From the human T2T-CHM13v2.0 reference genome, Homo sapiens, in NCBI RefSeq assembly GCF_009914755.1, contig NC_060925.1: 64,000 nt of DNA; one strand, given 5' to 3'. The notes beneath the pieces were generated by a model. It had not been told where the DNA came from and made no database searches. It saw only the letters and a list, made by a program, of their open reading frames with translations. Position 1 is the first letter of the stretch. Every line of letters starts with the position of its first letter. Below are positions 16,901-35,280 of the stretch, one piece after another. The position numbers were made by a program, and so were the translations under genes.

Positions 16901-17351
16901 GGTTCCAGCTTGACAACGCCCCATGCCCCAACACCATGACCCACCCATGCCCCAACACCAAGACTTCTCTTGATGGGATGGGGTTGAAGGGGTGGTTATG
17001 AGGGATGAGGCTCCTGCTAGAACCCAGAGCAACTGGAAGGAGCTCATTGCAGGACTTAATGGTTTTCAGGTGTACCAGGCTCTGGGTCAGGCCCCAGCTC
17101 ATGCCACCTTCCCTGGGACTCACAGCAGCTGCACTGGTGTTGGTTACTGGATGGCAGCATGAGGAGCAGTCTCGGCCAGGAATGTGATGGAGCAGGGATG
17201 ATGAGTCTGAGGAGTCAGATGGCTGTGGGTTCGAATCCCAGCTCTATCACTTGCTCTACTAGGCTATCTTAGGCAAGTCCCTTGGTCATTGTCTTAATGT
17301 TCCTACACAGCCATTGTTGCTATTACCATCTGAAAAATATTATCCACTTCA

Positions 17352-22305
<4,954 letters not shown>

Positions 22306-24057
22306 AAGTAAACCAATGAGAAAAAAAGAAGCTGTTCTCCATGATAGAAAATGATGTAATGGATATCAGTTACACTCATGGATGTGAGGCTGCGCTTCTA
22401 ACTGGCTTTGATTATTCACGTTCAGAAAATCCTGGAGCATGCAATTAAGTAGCTGCAAATGGCAGCGAGTCTTTGAAACTGCTCACCTTATATCCCTGGA
22501 ATACTCTTCAGTGAACCAGAAGCCCAAGTTATGATGGGGCCGTGCCCATGTTCAAATTGGGTAGAGAATGTATTCGAGAGTGTCTGTTATTTTTACTACA
22601 GTTTTCAAAATAATTTTAAAAATATATTTTTAAAGTGAAGCTAGAATCAGATGCTTACAGAACCCCTGAAACATTCCTGCCAAATACAGTCGCACGAATT
22701 TGTCGCTTTGGCACATGAGTAGATTCGGGGTAAGGGAGGGAGGCTGATGGGCTCCGGTTCTCCCCGTGGGGGGTTGTCTGCTTCACATCATAATCCTTCC
22801 GCACCATCTGAGCAGCACTGATATCCCTGACCCAGGATTCCCATGGGACCCGCCTTGGCCAGCCATGACTTGCTCCCCCCAACCCACTATGCAACAGGAA
22901 GGCCGATCAGCGCCGCAGGAATGCTGGTCCGACAGCTGTCCCGAGAAGCCTGGTGGCCGAGCTCCACAGTTGTCCCTCAGGCAGGCGGGGCAGGATCCCC
23001 CGAGTCTCCTGGCCCCCAAATGCAAGGCTGTTGTGGGGGGAGGGGCTCAGGAATCAAAGCTGACTCCAGGCTCGATTCATCGCCTTCGTTTGCATACGGC
23101 GATGCTGACAGCTCTCCAACTCTCCCCTAGGATGGGGGACAAGATGGGGGCTTGAGATAAGCCCCTTCCCCTCCCTGGTTAGTGTCTGTTTCCCAGCTGC
23201 TGGTGGCTCCTGGGCCCTGACTGCACTCAAGGAGGAAGATGCCTCTTACCGCGAGGATGAGCGGCTGCGTGAGGGAGGCAGGTGGCCCCACGGGCAATGG
23301 GGACAAGAACCATGTCCTGTGTGCACCGGGTGCCAGGAGAACCCCGGCCTTGAGATGGGCTTTGCCACTTGCCAGTTGTGCCATCTTGGATTTGTGGCTT
23401 ACAACCCCCTCGCCCCCAGAGCCTCGGTTTCGTCATTTTAAAACCATGGAAAAGTCTCCCTGCTGTACAGCGCAGTTGAGAGGAAAAATGAGATGTGGAT
23501 GAAAGAAAGAAACGCGGAAAGGCCTGGGCTTCACAGCTGCTCGGGGACAGCAGCTCCTACAATTACGATTGCTTTTGTTTTAATTTGTTTTGTTTTTAAT
23601 GATTCGCTATCAGACCTCAGTTGTGAAAGGGGCCGGCTGTGGGTTGTGGATGTTCCTGCCATCCCTCAGCAACTCTGGTCCAGGGCTACTCCGGGCTGCT
23701 GACTGTGCCCGGCTGGGAGGAGCAGACCCTGGGCCAGAAGCGCAGGCTTTGTGAGCAACCCGGGCCGGGCAGAACCGCCCCGGGCTGCGGGGAGGCGGAG
23801 GGGGCTGCCTCCTCCTTCCGCCTGGTTGCCTGGTGCTTTGTGACACAGCCTCCAACTGGCTTTCAGAGTGACAGAAATGGATTGGAGCCCTTGGTCGCTG
23901 TGGATCCTTGGCACGACTTCTGTAGCAGCCCACGTTTCCTCGGGGGCTCCCTGCCAGGCTGGCATCTCAGTTGCTGGGCTGTGCCAAGAGCTGTGTACAA
24001 ATCCTTGGGCTTGGAGAGAGGGGCCCGTGTAGTCTTCCCCCAGCCCCTCCTCCAGCT

Positions 24058-24760
24058 GACACACACTGTTGCACACAGTCCACACCCATGCTCACAAACA
24101 TGCTTGTGCACACACATACGCTCACACATGCTCACAACACACATGCTCTCACACACACGCGAGTTCACACACACATGCTCACACTCATACGTACACGCCC
24201 ACACACATTCACGCTCACACATGCTGACAACACACATGCTCACACATACACACATGCTCACACACACCCACACATATGCTCACAACACATACACGCTCTC
24301 ACACACACATGCACATACACACCCATACCCATACATATTCACACTCACATGCTCACAGCACACACACACGCTCACACACATGCTAACACTCCCACACATA
24401 CACTGACAACACACACACCTACACACCCACACATTCACGCTTACACATCATCACACACACGCTCACACATGTTCACACACACATGCTAACACTCCTACAC
24501 ACTCACAACACACATACATACCTACACACCCACACATATTCATGCTCTCACATGATCATAGTATACACACATATGCACTCACACATGCTCCACACACACA
24601 CATGCTAACACTCCCACACACTCACTACACACCTACACACCCATACATATTCACGCTTACACATGATCATAGTACACACACACACATGCTCACACATGCT
24701 CCACACACACGTCATGCTCACACATACATGCCAGATGCTCACACACACACACTCACACAT
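24058..24760. repeat. Degenerate CA-rich low-complexity tract (CACACATGCT-like units)
   Basis: ~700 bp of repeated CACACATGCTCACAC variants. Source of the H/T-rich ORFs. Confidence 0.92.
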
Positions 24761-24801
24761 CCTGGGGATTTATTTATGATCTTCTGCCGAGGTATGAATT
24801 C

Positions 24802-25099
24802 TTTTTTTTTTTTTTTTCTTTTGAGTCTCTCTCTGTCGCCCAGGTTGGAGTGCAGAGGCACAATCTTGGCTCACTGCAACTTCCGCCTCCAAGTTTCAAG
24901 CAATTCTCCTGCCTCAGCCTCCTGAGTAGTTGGGATTACAGGCGCATGCCATCATGCACGTCTAATTTTTGTATTTTTAGTAGAGGCGGGGCTTCACCAT
25001 GCTGGCCAGGCTGGCCTCGAACTCCTGACCTCAGGTGATCCTCCCACCTTGGCCTCCCAAAGTGCTGGGATTACAGGCATGAGCAACTGTGCCCGGCCT
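24802..25099 (-). mobile_element. Antisense AluS
   Basis: Poly-T plus reverse Alu consensus. Confidence 0.92.
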
Positions 25100-28012
25100 G
25101 ATACATAAATTGGATTGTGCTCAATCCACTTCTGTTCTGATCCATGGCTACCAGCGCCTATTATGTGCAGGGCCCTGGAGGGGCCGCAGAGCAGAAGGGA
25201 ATGTGCAGAGTCCTTTATGAGCTTCCAGTCTAGCCAGGGGCTCTAAAAAACCTGACGGTCCCAGCACAAAATGACACACGAGGTCTTCAAGAGCAGGACA
25301 AAGGCATGTGGGAGCACCAAGCGGAGAGCACATGGAGTCAGGGGACTGAACAAGGCTTCCTGGAGGAAGGGACATTTGGGTTGAGTCCCAAAGGATGGGC
25401 AGGACGTGGACGGAGAGAGATGAGGGAGAGGGGGAGAGGTTCCATGCAGAGGGGACAGGCAAAGTGAGAACAGAGAGCCAGAAAGCAGGGGTGTGTTTGG
25501 GGCCCAGGGAGCAGTCTCTGTTGCCTGTGAAGGGGAGAAAGTAGAAGTTGGAGCTGCAAAGCTTGGTTGGGGCCACATTACACAAGGTCTTCAGTGCCAA
25601 AGTAAGGAGTCTGTGGTTGCATGGGAAGGCAATAGGGAGCCATAGACAGTTTTGAGCAGATAAGGGTCACAACCCAAGTAGCCATACCACCAGTATATGC
25701 TGGGTCTGGGGACAGGATGGAGCCCCCTTGGATGCACCCCCATGGGTGCTCTGGCACTGTGCACTGAAATCCCACTTCCTCTGTCCCAGGCTGGCTGCGT
25801 GGGTGATATGTGGTTCTTGAAGGGTGGGAGGGAACAAAGATGGCATTCAGACTGGGGTTCCACTGGCCCTGAAGCAGGATGGGTACTGTGAATGGACCCA
25901 CAGCCAAGTAGGGTCGTGGCAACGGAGCTTGGGAAGGTGGCAGTCTGGGTGGGATCATGCTGCTTCGGGGTGTTGGAGTGGGGCAGGAGTGGGAGTTCAT
26001 CTCCTGGCTCTGCAGGGAAGGAGCTGTCCTCCAAGACCAGCACCTAGGCTGCTCACCAGGCTCAGAGGCGGCTCTGAGGTTTACTGACAGCCTTGTGTGT
26101 CCCCAGGGACAGCAGACTAGCTGAGAAGCTGCCCACCTCTCTACTGAGCCTCCTCTGCTCTCTTGCCCGCACTGTCTGGGTTTTCTTCCTCATTCCCCTC
26201 AACCCCCAGGACAAGGAGGAGGTGGTGATTCCTTTCATTGGCCAACGTCCCGAGGTTTCCCTGTCCCTAGGACGCTCTTCGGGCTTCTCCCGGGCTGTCA
26301 TGTCCCTGCAGGACAGAAAGGCAGGGCTGGGTCTCGGACATGGACGGGATCCCATATGCGCTTGGCCTTTCCAGTCACAAGGAGAGCAGGGGGTGAAGTC
26401 TGGCAGTGGTCAGGCTAAATGCCAGCCCAGAGAGCAGCCCCGCTCCACTGGCCCCGAAGCAGGATTGAGGTTCCCTCTGCGCCGAACAATGCTTGAGTGA
26501 CAGGCCTTTAAAATGGGCCCCTCCTCCCCCTGGGCTGCCTCAGGAACCAGGGACACAGGTCCCGCTTGCTGAGCTCTGGCCTCAAGAGCACTTGTTAGGG
26601 AAGGGCTGGAGGCAAGGCCAGTGGGACAGAGCCTTCCGTTGCTGGTGACGTGACCAGGACAGTAGCAGGGACTGTGGTGCAGGGTCTGTGGCCTTAGGAA
26701 TGGATGCAGGTGTGATGGGAGACAGGGTTGTCACAACAAGCCTGTCCCAGGGTCCCACGCACGTCACCAAGGCTCACCTAGTATCTTCAGCCAGATCCCC
26801 GGGATAGGGGACAAGATGGAAAGTGACGGCCACCTCCTTGTCTCCATCCACAGTTCTAGGAAGAGCTGAGCTGTGGACAGTGGAGGCCAGGGCCCAGGAT
26901 CCCAGGGGACCAGGACATGCCAGGCTGGGATGGAGGCAGAACTGGGTGAAGCCACCACAGACCCTGCGAGGCTGGAGAAGGTGTTTCCCCCCTCCCCTCC
27001 ACGAGTGCGTGGTCAGAGCTTCGAGGGCACAGCAGTTTCCCTGCCCTACCACCCTCCCTCGGGGTCGGGGCTAAGGTGACACTGGGGTGGGCCAGCCAGC
27101 ATGGGGGCCGCAGGGAGAGGCGCCGGGAAGCAGGGAAACATCACAGGCCCACCAACCTTTTCTCAGCCCGGGACAATTATATGGCCACAAATCACAAAGA
27201 AACGGTGGCGTAAGCACCCTTGCCAGCCTAGTGGAATACTCGGGAGGCCATAAAAATTCAATTAGCCTGGCTAACCTAGTGCCTAGCTCCAGGATACAGT
27301 GAGGTTGGTGCAATGGAGAGGGGTGCGTGGGGGAGCAGCTGCGGGTGGTGCACGGGGGCAGGAGGTCTCCAGAGTCTGACAGACGCCCCCACCATCCCCT
27401 GAGCTGCAGCTTCTCCCTCCAGTGTGGAGGGAGGGCACTGGGTCCCCTGAGGGGGATATCCTGAGGCTAGGTCGGGTTGGCTCAGTCTACCCTGCAGGGG
27501 TCAGAGCCAAGTCTGCAAAGCTGTTCCCAAAGCCCCTCCCCCAGGGGAAGGGACAGTGTCAGAACATTCTGGGGCCTCAGAGCTCATCATGAGAGGAGAA
27601 GAGAAAGGCAGAGCTGGGCCATCCTGGGACAGCCACACGGGGTTCAGGGCTCAGGGACAGGAATGACACAGTGCCACTTACTAGGTGTGACTTAACCTCT
27701 CTGAGCCTTCATTGCCACTTCAGAAAAATGGGGAAAATAACAGGAGCCATTTCAGAGAGCTCTTGAAAGGGCGAAGTGACATGAATTCACACAAAGCACT
27801 TAACGTGGGTCCTGCCTACAGCGTGCGCTCAAACGCTATTATTCCATTTGTATGGAATTAGGCTCCGAGTCAAGTCTCAGGGGCCAGAGGCATATTTCTG
27901 AGCTCTGAGGGACTCGGTTCCCTCTAGGGGACTTGGTAAGGGGCAGAGGTTTGTGCAGAGAAAGGAATTCTGGACTAATCTGGAACTTGAATGCTGCTGA
28001 AATGATTTAAGC

Positions 28013-28230
28013 CGGGGGTTCTCAGCCTCGGTACTGTTGTTTTTCTGGGCCGGATGATTCTTGGTTTGGGGGGCTGTCCTGTGCATTGTCGGGCGTTTAG
28101 CAGCATCCACGGGCTCCAACCTCTACCTGCCAGTAGCACTCCCCAGTTTTGACAACTAAAATATGTCTTCGGGCATTGCCAAATGTCACTGGGAGCAAAA
28201 TGTCCCTCTATGGCTGTTGAGAAAAACTGG
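28013..28230 (-). mobile_element. MER20 hAT DNA transposon
   Basis: Reverse complement matches MER20 (GACATTTGGCAATG, GGATGCTGCTAAAC, TGCACAGGACAGCCCC), with terminal GTTCTCA/TGAGAA motifs. Confidence 0.85.
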
Positions 28231-28314
28231 GCTTTAATCATTTGAGTGAGGGGCAGCAGAGAGAGGCCTGGGGCTGCGCATTCATGGTGTTGCTCTTCTT
28301 GCAGGGAGGAGCCA

Positions 28315-28765
28315 ATGGCTGGGCCTGCCATCCACACCGCTCCCATGCTGTTCCTCGTCCTCCTGCTGCCCCTGGAGCTGAGCCTGGCAGGCGCCCTTGC
28401 ACCTGGGACCCCTGCCCGGAACCTCCCTGAGAATCACATTGACCTCCCAGGCCCAGCGCTGTGGACGCCTCAGGCCAGCCACCACCGCCGGCGGGGCCCG
28501 GGCAAGAAGGAGTGGGGCCCAGGCCTGCCCAGCCAGGCCCAGGATGGGGCTGTGGTCACCGCCACCAGGCAGGCCTCCAGGCTGCCAGAGGCTGAGGGGC
28601 TGCTGCCTGAGCAGAGTCCTGCAGGCCTGCTGCAGGACAAGGACCTGCTCCTGGGACTGGCATTGCCCTACCCCGAGAAGGAGAACCGACCTCCAGGTTG
28701 GGAGAGGACCAGGAAACGCAGCAGGGAGCACAAGAGACGCAGGGACAGGTTGAGGCTGCACCAAG
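28315..28765 (+). CDS. DRAXIN: DRAXIN exon 2 (exon begins 28305): signal peptide and basic low-complexity N-terminus
   Basis: MAGPAIHTAPMLFLVLLLPLELSLAG...RDRLRLHQ. Acceptor CTCTTCTTGCAG|, donor AAG|GTAGCT. 451 coding nt. Confidence 0.97.
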
Positions 28766-28987
28766 GTAGCTGGAGGGCTGCGAGGGGTGGGGATGGGGGT
28801 GATTCCTGCCATGGACTGAGGGGAGCAGGAGAGGATGCAGGCAAGGGTCAGGGGCATGAGGTCCAGAGGAGAGGAGGGGTCTCACTGGAGCCAGAGGGAC
28901 CTGGTAAGGGGAGGAGGCTGGGAGAGGCCTGGGGTTGGGGCATGGGAAGAGGAGAGGGATGTGTTGCAATACAATCTGTCTTATCGC

Positions 28988-29291
<304 letters not shown>

Positions 29292-31330
29292 TCATCCTCC
29301 TGAATCAGGAAGTTCTACCTTGTATCTGACCTAAATTTCTCCTACTTTAAGTTCTGAGTAGAAATGGAACAGTTCAGCGCCCTCCAAGCACATTTCTTAC
29401 TCGACTCTGACGCATCCGGTAGGAGCTAAGAGCCTAGACTCTGAAGCCAGGTCTGCCTGAGATCAGGTCCTGCCTCCACCACTAGGGTGTGGCCCTGGGC
29501 AAGTTCTCTTTCTGTGCCTCGGTTTTCCCCTCTGTAAAGCAAGGAGACTGGTCCCATCCCATCTACCCTCAGTGTCGTTGCAGAGACTTGGTTAGTGGGG
29601 CGCTTGGAGCTCAGCTGGCAGGGCCATGAGCAGTCATTGTTCTGGTTAATCTCAGCCACCTGCTGAGGCCAACTCAGTGTCCTCCAGCCTGGACACAGGT
29701 GACTCCAGGAGAGGCATCGCTTGCCTACTGCTCCTGCCTCTGCCCTGTTTGTCTCAGTGCTCCCCTAGCCCTTCCCACCTTCCTTAACGTTTCCCCCACA
29801 TCCGCTGGGAGCTAGCTAGCCCCCTGCTGGCCCAGGCTTCCCCCTCCCCGTGCCCATTCAGTCTCGGAGTAGACATGTCCCCTCAGCTCCAGTCAGGTGG
29901 CTCCTCCCAGCCTTGCCTGGCCCTAAGCCAGGGAACTTGGCTTCTAAGCTCTCCATGTGACCCGACTGCCTCTAGGGACATGCCGAGTGCCACAAATGCA
30001 GTGGTGACAGCAGGGTTCTTTGGCAGGAAGGCAATGGAGCTTCAACACCCCTTCTCGTGCAAACAGCTGAGGCTGGCTTCCCTGTGAGGCCTGAGAACCC
30101 CCCAAGAGGGCAGAGGTCAGTCAGGGTCCCCCGGCTTCGACTTTCAGCCTCCCACTCCTGGAGTTACCTGTGTCAGCTTTCAGGGGAGGATGCTGGGACC
30201 TTTGAGGACAGCTAGAGGGCACGCGTGGGGTGTGGACCCGTCCTGCTGGGCTCCGGCTCCGCCAGCTCCAGGGCTGCAGCCAGGCCTCCTGGGAGAGTTG
30301 ATATGGTGAGGAGGAGGTGGGGAACGGAGAAGGTTTGCGGGCTAGGCCCTGCTCTGCTAATGACTGGCTGTGAAACCTCAGGCCAGGCTGGGCGTGGTGG
30401 CTCACACCTGTAATCCCAGCACTTTGGGAGGCTGGGCAGGCAGATCACTTGAGATCAGGAGTTGGAGACCAACCTGGGCAATATGGAGAAACCCCATCTC
30501 TATCAAAAATACAAAAATTAGCCAGGTGTGGTGGCGCATGCCTGTAATCCCAGTTACTCAGGAGGCTGAGGTGGGAGAATCTCTTGAACCCTGGAGGCAG
30601 AGGTTGCAGTGAGCCAAGATTGAGCCCCTGCACTCCAGCCCTGCTGGAGCTGAATCCAGACCCTGCTACTCATGAGCTGTGCATCCTTGCGTGAGTCACC
30701 TAACCTCTCTGTGCTTCAGTTTCCTTCCCTGTAGATGAGACTGAAGGAGCACCCACTTCCCAGAGCTCTTGCAGTAGTTAGACGAAATAACACTTGTGAC
30801 ACAGCTCCTCTGGGACCCAGCACACAGCAGGTGCTCCATTAATGGGGTGATGACTAATTGTCACCACCCAGGATGCACTCACTTGTGTGTGATAAGCAGT
30901 GATTCCCACCTCCCAGCTTCCTCAAAGGCCACTGCAATGATTCTCAGCCTCATGACATTTCTCCCTACTCAAACTTCACCTCCTCCAGGAAGCCTTCCAT
31001 GGTTAATCCTACTAGTTCCTATTTGTTATACTTACATATCTGGCTGCGCCCAGCCAATCTGGACTTGGACTTGCTGGAATGTTGCTTTACAGGGAGAATC
31101 CTTGGACTGTCTCCCCAGCGACACTGCAAGTTCTTCCAAGACATTTTCCTCCGAGTTCCCATCCCCCAACCTCCCAAGAAGGGTAGGAAGCAGGAATGGG
31201 GGCTGAACCAAGGGCTTGTCACACAGTGCCTGCTGCCTCCTAGTTTGCAGCATAAAACGTGGGTTCTACTGTAGACTGCCACGAGGTGGCAAGCAGATAT
31301 AGCCCCCGTGCTCCCCACCCTGTGTCTCAG

Positions 31331-31521
31331 GCCGAGCCTTGGTCCGAGGTCCCAGCTCCCTGATGAAGAAGGCAGAGCTCTCCGAAGCCCAGGTGCTGGA
31401 TGCAGCCATGGAGGAATCCTCCACCAGCCTGGCGCCCACCATGTTCTTTCTCACCACCTTTGAGGCAGCACCTGCCACAGAAGAGTCCCTGATCCTGCCC
31501 GTCACCTCCCTGCGGCCCCAG
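31331..31521 (+). CDS. DRAXIN: DRAXIN exon 3
   Basis: (G)RALVRGPSSLMKKAELSEAQ...SLRPQ. Acceptor TGTGTCTCAG|, donor CAG|GTAAGG. 191 nt. Confidence 0.97.
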
Positions 31522-32000
31522 GTAAGGGGTCCCCAAACAGCCTCGGATCTGGAAGGGTCCTTGAGCCCATGTCATGGAAAGCCCTCTTAATACATGTAGG
31601 GAGACTGAGGCACGGGGGCAGGAGGCCACAGAGCTTACTTAGATTGAAACCAGATCTCCTGCTGCCCATCCAGTCTAGCTCCAGCCCTGGTGGGTGCCCC
31701 ATCCTGACAAGGGTCTGCCACTGTCCAGGGCAAAGTGCTCCTGGGGGCCCACTCTGGGGACAGCCAAGGAGGCAAGCGGTAGCTCAGCATGCTGGTGTCT
31801 GCATGGAGAGCAGCAAGGCCTGGGGAGGAGCTTTCTGTGTACAGAGGAGCATGAAGCATAATAATGGTGATTTTTAAAACTGTGTCGTCAAGACCCAGAA
31901 TTAATAAGCATTAGCTAACACTTGGACCCATCTGCATCAGATCTTTAAAAAAGATATGTGGGCTGGGCGCGGTGGCTCATGCCTGTAATCCCAGCACTTA

Positions 32001-32294
<294 letters not shown>

Positions 32295-32395
32295 CTAACA
32301 CCTTAGAAGGCCAAGGCACGAGGGTCACTTGAGCCCAGGAGTTTGAGATTATCCTGGGCAACATAGTGAGACCCTGTGTCTACAAAACTTTTTTA

Positions 32396-32674
<279 letters not shown>

Positions 32675-33911
32675 TTAAAGGTTTTCAGGCCGGGCGCGGT
32701 GGCTCATGCCTGTAATCCCAGCACTTTGGGAGGCCGAGGGGGGCGGATCACGAGGTCAGGAGATCGAGACCATCCTGGCTAACATGGTGAAACCCCATCT
32801 CTACTAAAAATACAAAAAAAAAAAAAAAATAGCCGGGCATAGTGGCAGGCACATGTAGTTCCAGCTACTTGGGCGGCTGAAGCAGAGAATTGCTTGAACC
32901 CGGGAGGCAGAGCTTGCAGTGAGCCAAGATCACACCACTGCACTCCAGCCTGGGCGACAGAGTGAGACTCCATCTCAAAAAAAAAAAAAAAAAAAAGGTT
33001 TTCAAACTAAAATTATTTAAAAGGATCAATAATATATATGTATAAAAAATACATAAAAAAGAAATAGGCCAGGTGCAGTGGGTGGCTCACGCCTGTAATC
33101 CCAGCACTTTGGGAGACCGATGCGAATAGATCACCTGAGGTCAGGAGTTCGAGACCAGCCTGGCCAACATGGTGAAACCCCGTCTCTACAAAAATACAAA
33201 AGAAATAAAGCTTTTTTAGCAGCAGATCTTTCTTATCCTTTTTTGGGGTCTTGCACCCCCTTGAGATTGTGATAAAAGCTGCAGACCATTTCCCAGGAAT
33301 ACATGGTTATCCGTCTTATCATCCAAGGCCCCCTGCAGGCCAGCCTAGAAGGTGCGGTTCCTGCCCATGCCCTAGTGCTCGCACATGCCCGTGTGTAGAT
33401 CCAGCTATTGCTGAGGACCTCTAGCCCTCTGCATTCCTGGGGCCACTGGCCCAGGCTGTGAGTGGGACTGAGCCCTGGTTGTGGCCTCAATGGTGCCACG
33501 GATTGCTGGTAACCTCTGCAGAGAGAGGAAGGGATGGGAAAGTCCAGTGAGTGGCTGGGCTACTTCCAACACCCTCCTCGTGGGCTTAAAGACCCTGGGC
33601 AAGCAAGGTTGCCTTCCCAGCCTGCAGGTGGTCTCTGCCCCTCCTCAGAGGGCCTGGTAGGTAACTCACCTGTGTGTGTGTGCATGGTCCTTCTTGAGTA
33701 ATGGCTGCACAGGAAGGAAATTACCTAGTGGCCACTGGAACAGGAGCCTCCGGCAGCCATCTTTATGTCCTTGGGCTGAGACTCCAGGCTGCCCAGCAGA
33801 GGATAAGGTGGCCTCTGAGAAGCCTCTTTTTTGTCCTCTGACCTTGGGACTCCACACTCCTGCTTCCATGGATTTGAAGGTTCCAACATCCCCCTTCTCC
33901 ACGGTCTCCAG

Positions 33912-34026
33912 CAGGCACAGCCCAGGTCTGACGGGGAGGTGATGCCCACGCTGGACATGGCCTTGTTCGACTGGACCGATTATGAAGACTTAAAACCTGA
34001 TGGTTGGCCCTCTGCAAAGAAGAAAG
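33912..34026 (+). CDS. DRAXIN: DRAXIN exon 4 (contains the acidic/hydrophobic netrin-1-binding segment)
   Basis: [38 protein letters not shown]. Tandem acceptor CTCCAG|CAG, donor AAG|GTATGC. 115 nt. Confidence 0.96.
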
Positions 34027-34400
34027 GTATGCCCACCTACCCCACTATCTTCCATGCCTGGGTGCCCTGCCCTCCCGCACCATCTGTTGAGGTGGGGGCC
34101 CCAGTGAGCCCTGTCTGATCTTCAGATGTCCAAAGGTGGGATGTGGGGAGAGGGGGAGCATGGAGCCTAACCTGGAAACACCACTTGGAACGGAGAATGC
34201 TGTCAAATGCTTATCACGTGCCACACGCTTCCATGTTTCCACTCATGTTACCCTGAGGGAAAATACCTGTTAGGTCCAACAGTGCCTTGTCCAAGCCATG
34301 CTGTAGGGTGGTGGTATGGGCACTCCAACATCTGAGTCCCTGTGCTTAACCTCTGCTCTGCTGGGCCCCAGCTTCTGACGACAGATCTTCTTATCCCCAG

Positions 34401-34490
34401 AGAAACACCGCGGTAAACTCTCCAGTGATGGTAACGAAACATCACCAGCCGAAGGGGAACCATGCGACCATCACCAAGACTGCCTGCCAG
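34401..34490 (+). CDS. DRAXIN: DRAXIN exon 5
   Basis: EKHRGKLSSDGNETSPAEGEPCDHHQDCLP. Acceptor CTTATCCCCAG|, donor CAG|GTACCA. 90 nt. N-glycosylation sequon NET. Confidence 0.96.
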
Positions 34491-35068
34491 GTACCAGCCA
34501 GCACCCACATTCAAGGCACCAGGCTGGGTGCTGGGAGGGAACCTGGGTGGGAGTGGGGGTTCCCACATGTGCAGGACCTGAGAATCCTTGACCCTTCATG
34601 GATGATAAATAATAACAACAGCTGCCACTTTCCTGAGAGTTGCTGTCAGACATCCATTCATTTCATACATTATTCACAGCCAGGCACGGTGGCTCACACC
34701 TGTAATCCCAGCACTATGGGAGGCTGAGGCGGGTGGAACACCTGAGGTCAGGAGTTTGAGAGCATCCTGGCCAACATGGCGAAACCCCATCGCTACTAAA
34801 AATATAAAAATTATCCGGGCATGGTGGAACATGCCTGTAATCCCAGCTACTCGGGAGGATGAGGCAGGAGAATCAATCGCTTGAACCTGCAAGGCAGAGG
34901 TTGCAGTGAGCTGGGATCATGCAACTGCACTCCAGCCTGGGCGACAAGAGGGAAACTCCATCTCAAAAAAAAAAAATACCCTGGGCATGGTGGCTCATGC
35001 CTGTAATCCCAGCACTTTGGGAGGCCGAGGCAGGCGGATCACGAGGTCAGGAGTTTGAGACCAGCCTA

Positions 35069-35280
<212 letters not shown>

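Noticed and set aside
16627-17198. 27-bp direct repeats as a possible CRISPR-like array
   Set aside because: Only two copies, a 518-bp interval, eukaryotic context and no cas genes.
23639-24925. His/Thr-rich and Cys/Val-rich ORFs (also at 52057-52770)
   Set aside because: Translations of CA/TG low-complexity repeats, not metallothionein-like or His-rich proteins.
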